Below, piece by piece: positions 42,359-50,824 of a DNA stretch of 64,000 nucleotides; the stretch's first letter is position 1; the number at the start of each line of letters is the position of its first letter. This stretch comes from an uncultured Nitrososphaerota archaeon (GTDB lineage: Archaea > Thermoproteota > Nitrososphaeria > Nitrososphaerales > Nitrosopumilaceae), in the NCBI GenBank assembly GCA_963701075.1, contig OY969559.1, positions 1,472,001 to 1,536,000 on the forward strand. The letters are read 5' to 3'. The notes below the pieces were generated by a model. The model was not told where the DNA came from and searched no databases. It saw nothing but the letters and a program-made list of their open reading frames with translations. Both the position numbers and the translations under genes were made by a program.

Positions 42359-42760
42359 TTATTCCAACAATTTGCCGGTGACGGCACCAACAAAATTAAT
42401 TTGACTACCATGTTCGCTACTTATTGAAAAATAACATTCCCAAGTGACTTCCCAGACATACTCGTTATTCTCGTGATTCTTAAATGGAGAGGCAATAGCC
42501 AAAGACATATCCTTCATAGTTCTTTCATCTACGGCAAACAGAGTATCGTTTTTTACATGAAGTAAGTGTATGCCTACATTACGTAATTCATTAGGACTAT
42601 TGTCTGCACAAAGAGATCTCTGCATGGCAACGTCAAACGCTTTCTGTTTGGATAAAAAATGTGGATTTCCAAGATAGTCAAAGAGAATCAACAGTCCGCT
42701 GATTATGCCGATTGAAAAAATAACAATTGTTGCAACAGTAATTGGTTTTTTTCTCATCAC
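42359..42760 (-). CDS. Membrane-anchored PepSY-like protein (cargo of cassette 2)
   Basis: N-terminal TM; LSKQKA..VA, YVWEV and VGAVTGKLL (a D-A-x-T-G-like motif). Confidence 0.65.
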   Translation of the reverse strand: MMRKKPITVATIVIFSIGIISGLLILFDYLGNPHFLSKQKAFDVAMQRSLCADNSPNELRNVGIHLLHVKNDTLFAVDERTMKDMSLAIASPFKNHENNEYVWEVTWECYFSISSEHGSQINFVGAVTGKLLE

Positions 42761-42853
42761 ATGACATTACTTTCGTAATGATTTAACCACTTTCCAACAA
42801 ATCCCACGACCATAATGACTCTAGGTATGACGCCTTTTCATGATGTCAGCGGC

Positions 42854-42913
42854 GGGGATTGCATTTTTGTAGACAAAGTAAAAATGTTTTACCCCTGTTT
42901 TACTCGTAGAAAT
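42854..42913. repeat. Cassette junction: GGGG-N34-CCCC, with the aEF-2-end-like core inverted
   Basis: tttgtagacaaag--taaaaat-gttttacccctgttttactcgtagaaat vs aEF-2 sense end tttgtagataaagagtaaaaatagtaaaccccccgtttaggcgtggaaat. Confidence 0.72.
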
Positions 42914-42960
42914 ATGTTATTGTCGCAAAACTTTAGAAGATTAGAAAATAATCAAATTCA

Positions 42961-43884
42961 ATGAATGTCATAATAGTGGTTGGAATCTGTCTGTTGATGG
43001 CATTCTCTTGTTCCAATCTTGTTTTTGCACAAAAAGTTCTCACAAATCCCAATATTACAGCCACGACTGACAAATCATCCTACATCTTTGGTGATACAAT
43101 TGTAATTTCTGGCACTGTTAAAACTGTTCTACAGGGAAATATTATGACCATCCAAATTTTAGATCCCTATAGTAATTTAATTCAGACAGCACAGGGTAGC
43201 GTTGCTCAAGATGGCTCTTATGCAGACGCTGTGGAGATAGCCGGCACTGGGTGGAAATCAAGTGGTGTTTATACAGTTCTAGTTCAATATGGTTCTGAAG
43301 TTCAAACCCAAACAACTTTTGCATTTACGGCAACAACGGCTCCGATCAATGATACATTCCAAGTACAAATTCCAAATAATAGTCAGATCTTTAATGTGCC
43401 ATATACAATATTCGGAGGATCAGTGACGAACATGTCTGTTAATGCCTTGAATCCTTCTCTGACTGTATCCATACTACCAGTTAATTACGGCACAATTACA
43501 CTTTCGCTCCCACGGTCTTTGCTTGATGCAAAGACAAGTAATGGTACGGACGAACCGTTTACCATCTTAATTGATGGTATACAAATTATACCACAAAAAG
43601 AACAAGTGACTTCAAGTGATAGAACTTTGTCAATACAGTTCCTGCGAGGAGATAAAAATATCCAAATTATTGGTACCAGTGTGACACCTCAAAATAATTC
43701 TACTATTAACACGCCAAGCACAAATTTGACCACAAGTCAACAACCATCCGCACAAGTCACTAACATGTCAAAACCTATTTCGGCAGTACCTGAATTTCCT
43801 AATGGAATAATCCCCTTTATAGCTGCATTAATCGTCATGGTTGTACTTACAAGAACTACGTTTAGACAAATAATTAGGACATGA
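42961..43884 (+). CDS. Secreted PEFG-CTERM-type surface protein
   Basis: Signal peptide, TDKSSY..GD, LPRSLLDA and F.ILIDG thaumarchaeal domain, then VPEFP, TM and a basic tail. Confidence 0.85.
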   Translation: MNVIIVVGICLLMAFSCSNLVFAQKVLTNPNITATTDKSSYIFGDTIVISGTVKTVLQGNIMTIQILDPYSNLIQTAQGSVAQDGSYADAVEIAGTGWKSSGVYTVLVQYGSEVQTQTTFAFTATTAPINDTFQVQIPNNSQIFNVPYTIFGGSVTNMSVNALNPSLTVSILPVNYGTITLSLPRSLLDAKTSNGTDEPFTILIDGIQIIPQKEQVTSSDRTLSIQFLRGDKNIQIIGTSVTPQNNSTINTPSTNLTTSQQPSAQVTNMSKPISAVPEFPNGIIPFIAALIVMVVLTRTTFRQIIRT

Positions 43885-43918
43885 TTCTAAAGTTATGAAC
43901 GAGTCAATGCCGATCTCT

Positions 43919-44065
43919 TTAAATTATTTCGAGAAAACTGAAGTGTGAATTGAATGGGTCAGATGTATTTTTGAGAAATATTTTAGAGTTTTTTACGTTT
44001 ATTGAAAAGCCGTAGCCTTTTAGGAATTTTACGTTGTAGTGATTTTGTTTCCCTTTAAGAGTCAA
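43919..44065 (-). pseudogene. cas1: cas1/casposase 5' fragment (cassette 1; not in ORF track)
   Basis: The TTG start overlaps the upstream stop; MTLKGKQNHYNVKFLKGYGFSINVKNSKIFLKNTSDPF is 27/38 identical to 42168-42350. Confidence 0.78.
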
Positions 44066-44532
44066 TTTGGATGTAATACGATTGAAACGAATCCATAAGT
44101 TAGAAGACCCATGCCGAGAATTTCAAAAAATACTACTATGATTATCCATTTTGCTTGTTTGAATTCGTCTTCCGTCACTCTCTTTCTGCCAATAGAAATG
44201 TAATACACAAACCAAATCATGTCTATGCAAACTATCATTCCACCAAGCGAATATTTGCCAAGGTCACTAACAGCTACTAATCGAAAAGATGCGATAGTAG
44301 GCACAATTCCAAGAATCAAAACTTCCATGGATTCGATTAGATAATGATTTACCTTTGGGATACGTCTTACAAAAATCAAAAATAAACCAAAGACAGAGAA
44401 GCCAATGACAGTAACAAGATCTTTCCATTCTTGATCTAGTTTCAAATATGCGTCAAAAACAGCACGTAATAGAATGAATAATGCCGTAACCAGCAATATG
44501 GTAATAACTATGGAACGTGGCTTGAGTTTCAC
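44062..44532 (-). CDS. Multi-pass membrane protein (cargo of cassette 1)
   Basis: About 5 TM segments; GTG start. Confidence 0.7.
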   Translation of the reverse strand: MKLKPRSIVITILLVTALFILLRAVFDAYLKLDQEWKDLVTVIGFSVFGLFLIFVRRIPKVNHYLIESMEVLILGIVPTIASFRLVAVSDLGKYSLGGMIVCIDMIWFVYYISIGRKRVTEDEFKQAKWIIIVVFFEILGMGLLTYGFVSIVLHPN

Positions 44533-44538
44533 AGAGTT

Positions 44539-44578
44539 ATTACTTTTATCATGATCTTAAATCATTTCCAACAAATCA
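44539..44578 (-). promoter_or_regulatory. Cassette promoter-like motif (BRE/TATA), repeated at 42766-42803, 41728-41764 and 38459-38501
   Basis: gatttgttggaaatgatttaagatcat...aaagtaat; the exact 13-mer tttccaacaaatc occurs at 44565 and 42791; TATA-like tttaag lies about 25 nt upstream of each cargo start. Confidence 0.65.
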
Positions 44579-44638
44579 TACTTTCGTTATTACCTAGTTA
44601 GCTTCAATTTCCACGCCTAAACGGGGGGTTTACTATTT

Positions 44639-46831
44639 TTACTCTTTATCTACAAACTCATCTGCTGTCGGAGGTTCTGGACTGAGACCCTTTCTCTTTC
44701 TAAGATCAGCCACGATGGTTGACAGGATAGAGTTTGGAACTGGCGTCCATGCCTTAAAGTGAGTGTTCCACATTGCTTTTCCTGCAGTCTGCCCACGCAT
44801 TACCTCAGACAAGTCAAATGTTTCAGATGCAGGAATCTCTCCAGTGATAATATTTACAACACCTTTTTGTTCCATGTTTAGAACCTTGCCCCTCTTTCCT
44901 GATATGACACCTGCTACGTTGCCAATGAGTTCTTGCGGAATCCTGACCTCAATTCCAAGTGTTGGCTCTAGCAGTACTGGTTGAGCAAGCAACATTGCAC
45001 CCATGCATGCACGCCTTGATGCAGGTCCTAGTTGTGACAGACCTCGGTGTGCCGGGTCTTCGTGTGGTACAAAATGATGGAATGTAAACTTGCATCCCCT
45101 TACCTGTTCTCGAGTAAGTGGGCCTTCCTTCATGGTATCATCAAATCCTGAAAGTATAGAATCGGTTGATTCCTGAACAAACTGGACACCTTTTGTGCCG
45201 TCAACCATAACATTTCCTCTGGGATCAAACCTCATCACACGTTTTGCGTCGTCTCCGTCCCAGCCGACTTCTTTCAATATCTTTTGTACTTCCTTCTTGT
45301 CTTTGTATTCATTTAGTGTGCCGTTTCTTATCATCTCAGCTACCTTCTCGTCGAGCGGTTCTACTTTCAGAAATATCTTGTTGTGTCTGTTAGGTGATTT
45401 TGCCATGATAGGTCCTGCAGAACCACGAATTGTCTCCCTATAATTTATCAAAGGTTGCGAAGTGACAATATCCACTTTGGCATCTGCAATCAATGCTGTT
45501 GCAATCTCAAGGTGAAGCACACCCATGCCGGCAATCACAGTCTCTCCGCTTTCCTCGTTTATCTTTACGACCAAGTTGGGGTCTTCAATTGTAATTCTGT
45601 TTAGTGCCTCGACAAGTTTTGGCAAGTCTTTTGGATGTTTTGGTTCTACTGCAATTTGCACAACTGGTTCGGACACATACTGGATTCCCTCAAATGTATG
45701 AACGCCTGCTACTGTAGATATTGTCTGGCCTGCCCTTGCATATTCCAATCCCAAAAGTGCCGGAATGTTTCCTGCTGCAAGTTCTCCTACCATCTCTCGC
45801 TGGTTGCCCATGAAAAAGTTGACAGACTGGATTCTTCCCTCTCGTTTTGTATCAATGATATGAATCCTGTCACCATCTTTTATCTTGCCAGAAAATAATC
45901 TCCCTATTGCCACAGGACCAGCGGCCGGGTCAACTGTCATGTTTACAATCATCATTATGGCAGGGCCATTATCGTCACAACTGAGCAGTGCCTTTCCAAT
46001 GTCAGAGTCAAGATCACCTTTCCAAATCTTTGGAATTCTATACCTTTGTGCAACGTCAGGCGGTGGATGATGTTTTACTACCATTCCAAGAACTGCATCA
46101 TATAGCGGAGCCTTTTCTGCAAGATCCTTGACACTTCCGCCCTCAGAATAGGCAGCAAAAATATCTTTGAATGATATTCCTTTTTTCTTCATCACGTCGG
46201 CATTAAATCCCCACTTGTCCTTGGCAGAACCAAATGAGACGCTACCGTCCTGAATGCTTACTTTCCACTTTTCCTTGTATTCAGGTTCTGCATAAATGTC
46301 AATTAGCCTGTTAAAGTTGGTCACAATCTCAAGCAGCCATTCCTGCATCTTGTCAGGTGTTAATCTTAATTCCTTTATGAGACGGTCAATCTTGTTGATA
46401 TAAAGTACTGGTCGCACCCTCTCTTCTAGCGCTTGGCGGGTTACTGTCTCGGTCTGGGTCATGATACCCTCTACAGAGTCAGATACCACAACTGCCCCAT
46501 CAATTGCCCTAAGGCTTCTAGTCACACGGCCAGTAAAGTCAATGTGACCTGGAGTATCAATCATGTTGATGACATATTCTTGATCATCTTTTTCATAGAG
46601 TAGAGTAACATTTGCCTGCACGATGGTCATCTGCCTGTCTTGCTCCAATTTCATCGAGTCAAGTGCAAGCGCCTGTCCTGCCACAGATGGACTGATGATA
46701 CCGCTTGATGCAAGAAGACTATCACTCATTGTAGTTTTGCCGTGATCTACATGAGCTATCACACCAAAATTTCTGATGTGGCTCTTGTCTCCAATAATTT
46801 TGAGAATCTGCTCAGTCGCCTTAAATTTCAT
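44639..46831 (-). CDS. fusA: Translation elongation factor aEF-2
   Basis: AHVDHGKTT, DTPGH, NKID and the diphthamide loop HEDPAHRG. Confidence 0.98.
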   Translation of the reverse strand: MKFKATEQILKIIGDKSHIRNFGVIAHVDHGKTTMSDSLLASSGIISPSVAGQALALDSMKLEQDRQMTIVQANVTLLYEKDDQEYVINMIDTPGHIDFTGRVTRSLRAIDGAVVVSDSVEGIMTQTETVTRQALEERVRPVLYINKIDRLIKELRLTPDKMQEWLLEIVTNFNRLIDIYAEPEYKEKWKVSIQDGSVSFGSAKDKWGFNADVMKKKGISFKDIFAAYSEGGSVKDLAEKAPLYDAVLGMVVKHHPPPDVAQRYRIPKIWKGDLDSDIGKALLSCDDNGPAIMMIVNMTVDPAAGPVAIGRLFSGKIKDGDRIHIIDTKREGRIQSVNFFMGNQREMVGELAAGNIPALLGLEYARAGQTISTVAGVHTFEGIQYVSEPVVQIAVEPKHPKDLPKLVEALNRITIEDPNLVVKINEESGETVIAGMGVLHLEIATALIADAKVDIVTSQPLINYRETIRGSAGPIMAKSPNRHNKIFLKVEPLDEKVAEMIRNGTLNEYKDKKEVQKILKEVGWDGDDAKRVMRFDPRGNVMVDGTKGVQFVQESTDSILSGFDDTMKEGPLTREQVRGCKFTFHHFVPHEDPAHRGLSQLGPASRRACMGAMLLAQPVLLEPTLGIEVRIPQELIGNVAGVISGKRGKVLNMEQKGVVNIITGEIPASETFDLSEVMRGQTAGKAMWNTHFKAWTPVPNSILSTIVADLRKRKGLSPEPPTADEFVDKE

Positions 46832-46889
46832 GTTTTAGCTAAATCCTTTTCTAGCCGCTATTAAACGTTTACAAGAATTATACAATAAA

Positions 46890-47798
46890 TCAATAGATCA
46901 TGGAAGAACTGGTGTTTCGCAATCTTTTTTCTTCAATAAAGAAACAGTCTTTCCTATTTTTCTTTTTTGCTGCATACAATGCAATCAATTCTGAAACAAA
47001 TATGAAAAACAAAATCTGCTCCTGAAGATTTCTAGTTTTAGGACAAGGTCTTTTTGTTACCAATCCGTAATTTTTCAGAGCCTTCAAGAGTTTTTCATTG
47101 TACGGATCTTTTGCATCAAACAAGATGACCGTATCGCCTTTTCTTGCTGAAAACAATCCCATGTGTGAGAACTGCTCTATTCTCTCATAGTGAGCGTCTG
47201 CACCAACTGTCTCGTATAATTTGGCTGCACAAAACATGGCAATTGGCATAGTATGGAGATTGCCCAACACGTAGATCTTGCCACCAAGAGATATCTTCCT
47301 TGCCGCATTCTTGGCCGCACGATATATCCCAGATACGTTTCTTATTTCATACCTAGATACAAGCGACAGACATGCAAGTGCGCTTGCTAGAAAACTTATG
47401 CTTCCGGAGGTCTGGATACCAGTAGAATCAAACTTTAACAAGACGGTTTTCTTACACGCTCTTGCAAGTTTGCTACTACCATTTGCCGTAATAGCAACCG
47501 TTCTTTTGGCAAGTTTTCCAAGTCTGATATTTGATACAGTATTTCCAGAGATAGATATCAAGTAAAGGTCATGCCCCTGCAATATCTTGCTATTCTTGAT
47601 TAGATCTAGCGGATCATGGGCTTTGGCTCTAAATTGTGAGAAAACTTCTGCCAGTTGTGCCGATGCAAAAGAGTCGCCCGTTCCACAAAAGATTGCTTTT
47701 TTCTGTTTGCTAATAGCTAGTCTTCTTTGCGGCACAAATTGTTCCAAAAAATCAAGCTGCATCTTGATTTCTTTTTCAAGTGCAGCAATAGTTGACAT
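46890..47798 (-). CDS. SIS-domain sugar isomerase-like protein
   Basis: GTGDS, ISISGNT, AITAN and EQFSHMG; likely start MSTIAALE at 47798. Confidence 0.8.
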   Translation of the reverse strand: MSTIAALEKEIKMQLDFLEQFVPQRRLAISKQKKAIFCGTGDSFASAQLAEVFSQFRAKAHDPLDLIKNSKILQGHDLYLISISGNTVSNIRLGKLAKRTVAITANGSSKLARACKKTVLLKFDSTGIQTSGSISFLASALACLSLVSRYEIRNVSGIYRAAKNAARKISLGGKIYVLGNLHTMPIAMFCAAKLYETVGADAHYERIEQFSHMGLFSARKGDTVILFDAKDPYNEKLLKALKNYGLVTKRPCPKTRNLQEQILFFIFVSELIALYAAKKKNRKDCFFIEEKRLRNTSSSMIY

Positions 47799-47835
47799 AA
47801 CTTGGATATTTATAATAGGGGTAAAAATCCTACTT

Positions 47836-48657
47836 ATGGAAATAACGGTTGGCCACACGCCAGATTCTGATGACGCTTTCATGTTTTATGCAATGTTGAC
47901 TGGCAAGGTTACATCCCCCCACTTTAAGGTCAATCATGTTGTAGAAGATATCGAGACTTTAAACAAGCGCGCCTTAAACCATGAGCTTGATGTCACAGCA
48001 GTTTCTGCACATGCTTGTGCATACATTAGAGATTATACCATACTAAGAAGTGGTGGAAGTTTTGGCAAGGGCTATGGTCCAATTGTAATTTCAAAACAAA
48101 GTCTTTCTCCTGACCAATTACGTCGCTCCAAGATAGCAATTCCCGGAAAGATGACTTCGGCATTTCTTTTGCTGCAGTTAATGATTGGCAAATTTGATTA
48201 CGTTGAGATGAAATTTAGCGATATACCAGATGCTGTTTTAAGAGGCGATGTAGATGCAGGGCTTGTCATACATGAGACCCAGATAACGTACGAACAAAAC
48301 AAATTCGTAAAGATAATGGATGCAGGCGAGTGGTGGCGCAATAACACAGGCGGTCTTCCAGTTCCTCTTGGAGTAAACGTAATGAGTAATCATTTTGGTC
48401 TTGATACAATAAAACAGTTTGATGCATTTTTCAAAGAGTCGATTGTTTATGGAATGGCCCGTATTGGAGATGCACTTGATTATGCAATGCAGTACAGCAG
48501 AGGGCAGCCAAGAGATCTCATTGAGAGATTTGTGCGCATGTATGTAAACGATATCACTATCGAGATGGGCATACTTGGAGAGCATGCCACACGAAGCCTG
48601 TTTCAGTTAGGAATAGAAAAGGGATTCATTCCAGAATTTGATCTAAGATTTGCATAA
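47836..48657 (+). CDS. mqnD: 1,4-dihydroxy-6-naphthoate synthase MqnD (MqnA/MqnD family)
   Basis: HTPDSDDAFMF, DIETLN, G.GYGP, IHE, LPVPLG and MYVN; start at 47836. Confidence 0.88.
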   Translation: MEITVGHTPDSDDAFMFYAMLTGKVTSPHFKVNHVVEDIETLNKRALNHELDVTAVSAHACAYIRDYTILRSGGSFGKGYGPIVISKQSLSPDQLRRSKIAIPGKMTSAFLLLQLMIGKFDYVEMKFSDIPDAVLRGDVDAGLVIHETQITYEQNKFVKIMDAGEWWRNNTGGLPVPLGVNVMSNHFGLDTIKQFDAFFKESIVYGMARIGDALDYAMQYSRGQPRDLIERFVRMYVNDITIEMGILGEHATRSLFQLGIEKGFIPEFDLRFA

Positions 48658-48717
48658 GACAAAAAAACCAAAATTGACAATCAATGGTTAATTAGGAGAC
48701 ATGTCAATCACGGTATT

Positions 48718-48996
48718 GTGGATAAGCGAGTCTTCCTCCTTGGCGTTGCAATGTTAGTGTCAGGTGGATTATCATGGTTCTACTTCAATAGCATCATGCC
48801 CATGGGGACGCCTAACATGACTGAAGATGAGACAAGTGCTTTCAACGAAGCCCAAGCAGTAAACACTGGCCTGACAAACATCTCTCAGATGGTGGCAGGA
48901 TTAGGATTCTTCATAGCCTTGATTAGTGTTGGCCTAAGGCGCAGAAAGAAAGGTGGGGTTGGAAAACCCGTTACACAAAAGCCTGCTGAAATCTAG
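48718..48996 (+). CDS. Small 2-TM hypothetical protein
   Basis: Two TM segments and a basic tail. Confidence 0.7.
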   Translation: MDKRVFLLGVAMLVSGGLSWFYFNSIMPMGTPNMTEDETSAFNEAQAVNTGLTNISQMVAGLGFFIALISVGLRRRKKGGVGKPVTQKPAEI

Positions 48997-50090
48997 AACG
49001 TTTTTAAAATATTGAAAAATGTGTCTCGCTGGGCTGCATCTCTTCCAATTTCTTTTATCATGTTTGCAAGTTCCTGAATAGAAGAGTTTGTTCCCCTACC
49101 AGCAGCACGGTAAATCTCTTCTGAGAAAGCAGTGCCAACCAGATCGTTTCCACCATATGTGAGAGCCACCTGCGCCAGTTTCTTTCCTAGTGCCACCCAG
49201 TAAACAGATATGTTGTCAAGTTGTTTTGCCAACATCAGCCTTGAAACAGCAATAACTCTCAGATCATATGTAGAGGGACTTTCAGACTTTACTAGGCCTG
49301 CTTTTTCAAGTTCTGTATTTTCCAAGCTAAATTTGAGAGGAATCAAAGTGATAAAGCCCTTGGTTCTTTTCTGGACCTCTCTTAATTTTACCAAATGATC
49401 CACAATGTGTTCTGGTTTCTCTATATGGCCAAAAAGCATGGTTGCATTACTCTTGATGCCCAGATTATGGACCTGCTCTATAGTATCAAGCCATTCTTGC
49501 CCGGAACACTTGCCTCTAACTATCTTATTTCGTATCTCCGGATGAAACAGCTCTGCGCCGCCACCGGGCATGGTGTCAAGGCCAGATGCCTTGAGCCTTG
49601 TGAGAACCTCTTTTACTGAATTTTTTGTCAATTTTGATAAAAAGAATATCTCCGCAGCAGTCAGAGCTTTTATGTTCATTTCAGGATGACTCTTTTTTAT
49701 TGTCCTGAACATTTCTTCGTAATACTCTAAAGGTAGCTCAGGATGAAATCCCCCAACTATATGTACCTCAGTTGCCCCCAGTTCTTTTGCCTTGCCCACT
49801 CTGGCTTCAATATCCTGTGGAGTTAGTGTATAGGCATCACTTTCGTTTCCCTTCCTATAAAATGCACACATCTGGCAACTTGCGGCACAAACATTTGTGT
49901 AATTTAGATAATAAGATGCGGCAAAGGTTACAGTGTTTCCTGATTGTTTCTGTCTTATCAAATCGGCTGCGGCGCCTAACATGTAAAGATTATCGTAAGA
50001 CATTAGCTCAAGGCCGTCATCATACGAGAGTTCCTCTCCAGAAATGGCCTTCTCAAGTGCTTTGGAGTCTCTGACTAGCTTCTCTAACAT
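48993..50090 (-). CDS. mqnE: CofH/Mqn-family radical SAM, probable aminofutalosine synthase MqnE
   Basis: TNVCAASCQMCAF (CxxxCxxC), EVHIVGG, MPGGGAE and NATMLFGH; start at 50090; close to mqnD. Confidence 0.82.
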   Translation of the reverse strand: MLEKLVRDSKALEKAISGEELSYDDGLELMSYDNLYMLGAAADLIRQKQSGNTVTFAASYYLNYTNVCAASCQMCAFYRKGNESDAYTLTPQDIEARVGKAKELGATEVHIVGGFHPELPLEYYEEMFRTIKKSHPEMNIKALTAAEIFFLSKLTKNSVKEVLTRLKASGLDTMPGGGAELFHPEIRNKIVRGKCSGQEWLDTIEQVHNLGIKSNATMLFGHIEKPEHIVDHLVKLREVQKRTKGFITLIPLKFSLENTELEKAGLVKSESPSTYDLRVIAVSRLMLAKQLDNISVYWVALGKKLAQVALTYGGNDLVGTAFSEEIYRAAGRGTNSSIQELANMIKEIGRDAAQRDTFFNILKTF

Positions 50091-50137
50091 GCCTTTGGTG
50101 ATTCTAATATCAATATAAAAGTAAACAGGGTATTTTA

Positions 50138-50296
50138 CTATCGAAACAACGCATTCCGGGTTATCTCTCTTGAACATTTGTTATTTTTGCTGCAATAGTC
50201 TTCGCATTCGTGGGCAGTGTTAGGTGCCTGATATCCAAATCCGCACTTTTCACAGAAATAATACTTTTTTCCTTTCCTATATTGTTCCTGAACCAT
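50138..50296 (-). CDS. Small Cys-rich Zn-finger protein (52 aa, not in ORF track)
   Basis: MVQEQYRKGKKYYFCEKCGFGYQAPNTAHECEDYCSKNNKCSREITRNALFR*. Confidence 0.7.
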   Translation of the reverse strand: MVQEQYRKGKKYYFCEKCGFGYQAPNTAHECEDYCSKNNKCSREITRNALFR

Positions 50297-50416
50297 ATGT
50301 GAGATCAATCAGTTCCCAAAATTTAGTATTTCGAAAAAATAGATGCATTTTTGTATAATAATACCATTCAGATCGTATGTCGCTATCTTATTTTATTCCT
50401 CATACTTGAGTAGATC

Positions 50417-50824
50417 ATGAAATTACATCATATCGGAGTTGTTGTACCTAACATACAAGATTCCATAGGAGAATTGAAAAAATATATGAGTTTTCAGAGT
50501 ACTAGTTTGCCTACGCCAGTTGGAAGCCAAAAGGTAAATGTTTGCTTGTTAAAAATTGGCGAGCCATTTTTGGAGTTGATAGAACCCACATCACGTGATT
50601 CTCCCATAACAGAATTTGCCTCAAGTGGGGGAGGGATTCACCACCTATGTTTTGAAGTAGATGACATACAAAAGGAATTAGACGACATGGCAATGAAAGG
50701 TGCAACGGTACTGGTAAAACCTGTGAAAGGTTTCGATGAGAGGCGCATTGCTTTTGTTGATCTAAATATGAAAAACACAAAGTGTGGACTCGTCGAGTTA
50801 CTTGAGACCAAGAAATTAGTTTAG
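50417..50824 (+). CDS. VOC-family protein, methylmalonyl-CoA epimerase-like
   Basis: HHIGVVV, LELIEP, GGIHHLCFEV and LVEL. Confidence 0.85.
   Translation: MKLHHIGVVVPNIQDSIGELKKYMSFQSTSLPTPVGSQKVNVCLLKIGEPFLELIEPTSRDSPITEFASSGGGIHHLCFEVDDIQKELDDMAMKGATVLVKPVKGFDERRIAFVDLNMKNTKCGLVELLETKKLV

Larger units (their letters stand above)
41474..44638 (-). mobile_element. Tandem array of decayed, non-autonomous casposon-derived elements at the aEF-2 3' end
   Basis: Three cas1 5' remnants, three related terminal/junction sequences and a shared promoter motif; abuts the aEF-2 stop codon. No PolB or intact casposase is present in the window. Confidence 0.72.

Noticed and set aside
41474-44065. cas1 fragments as evidence of a CRISPR-Cas system
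   Set aside because: No cas2, effector genes or CRISPR array are present; the aEF-2 context fits casposons.
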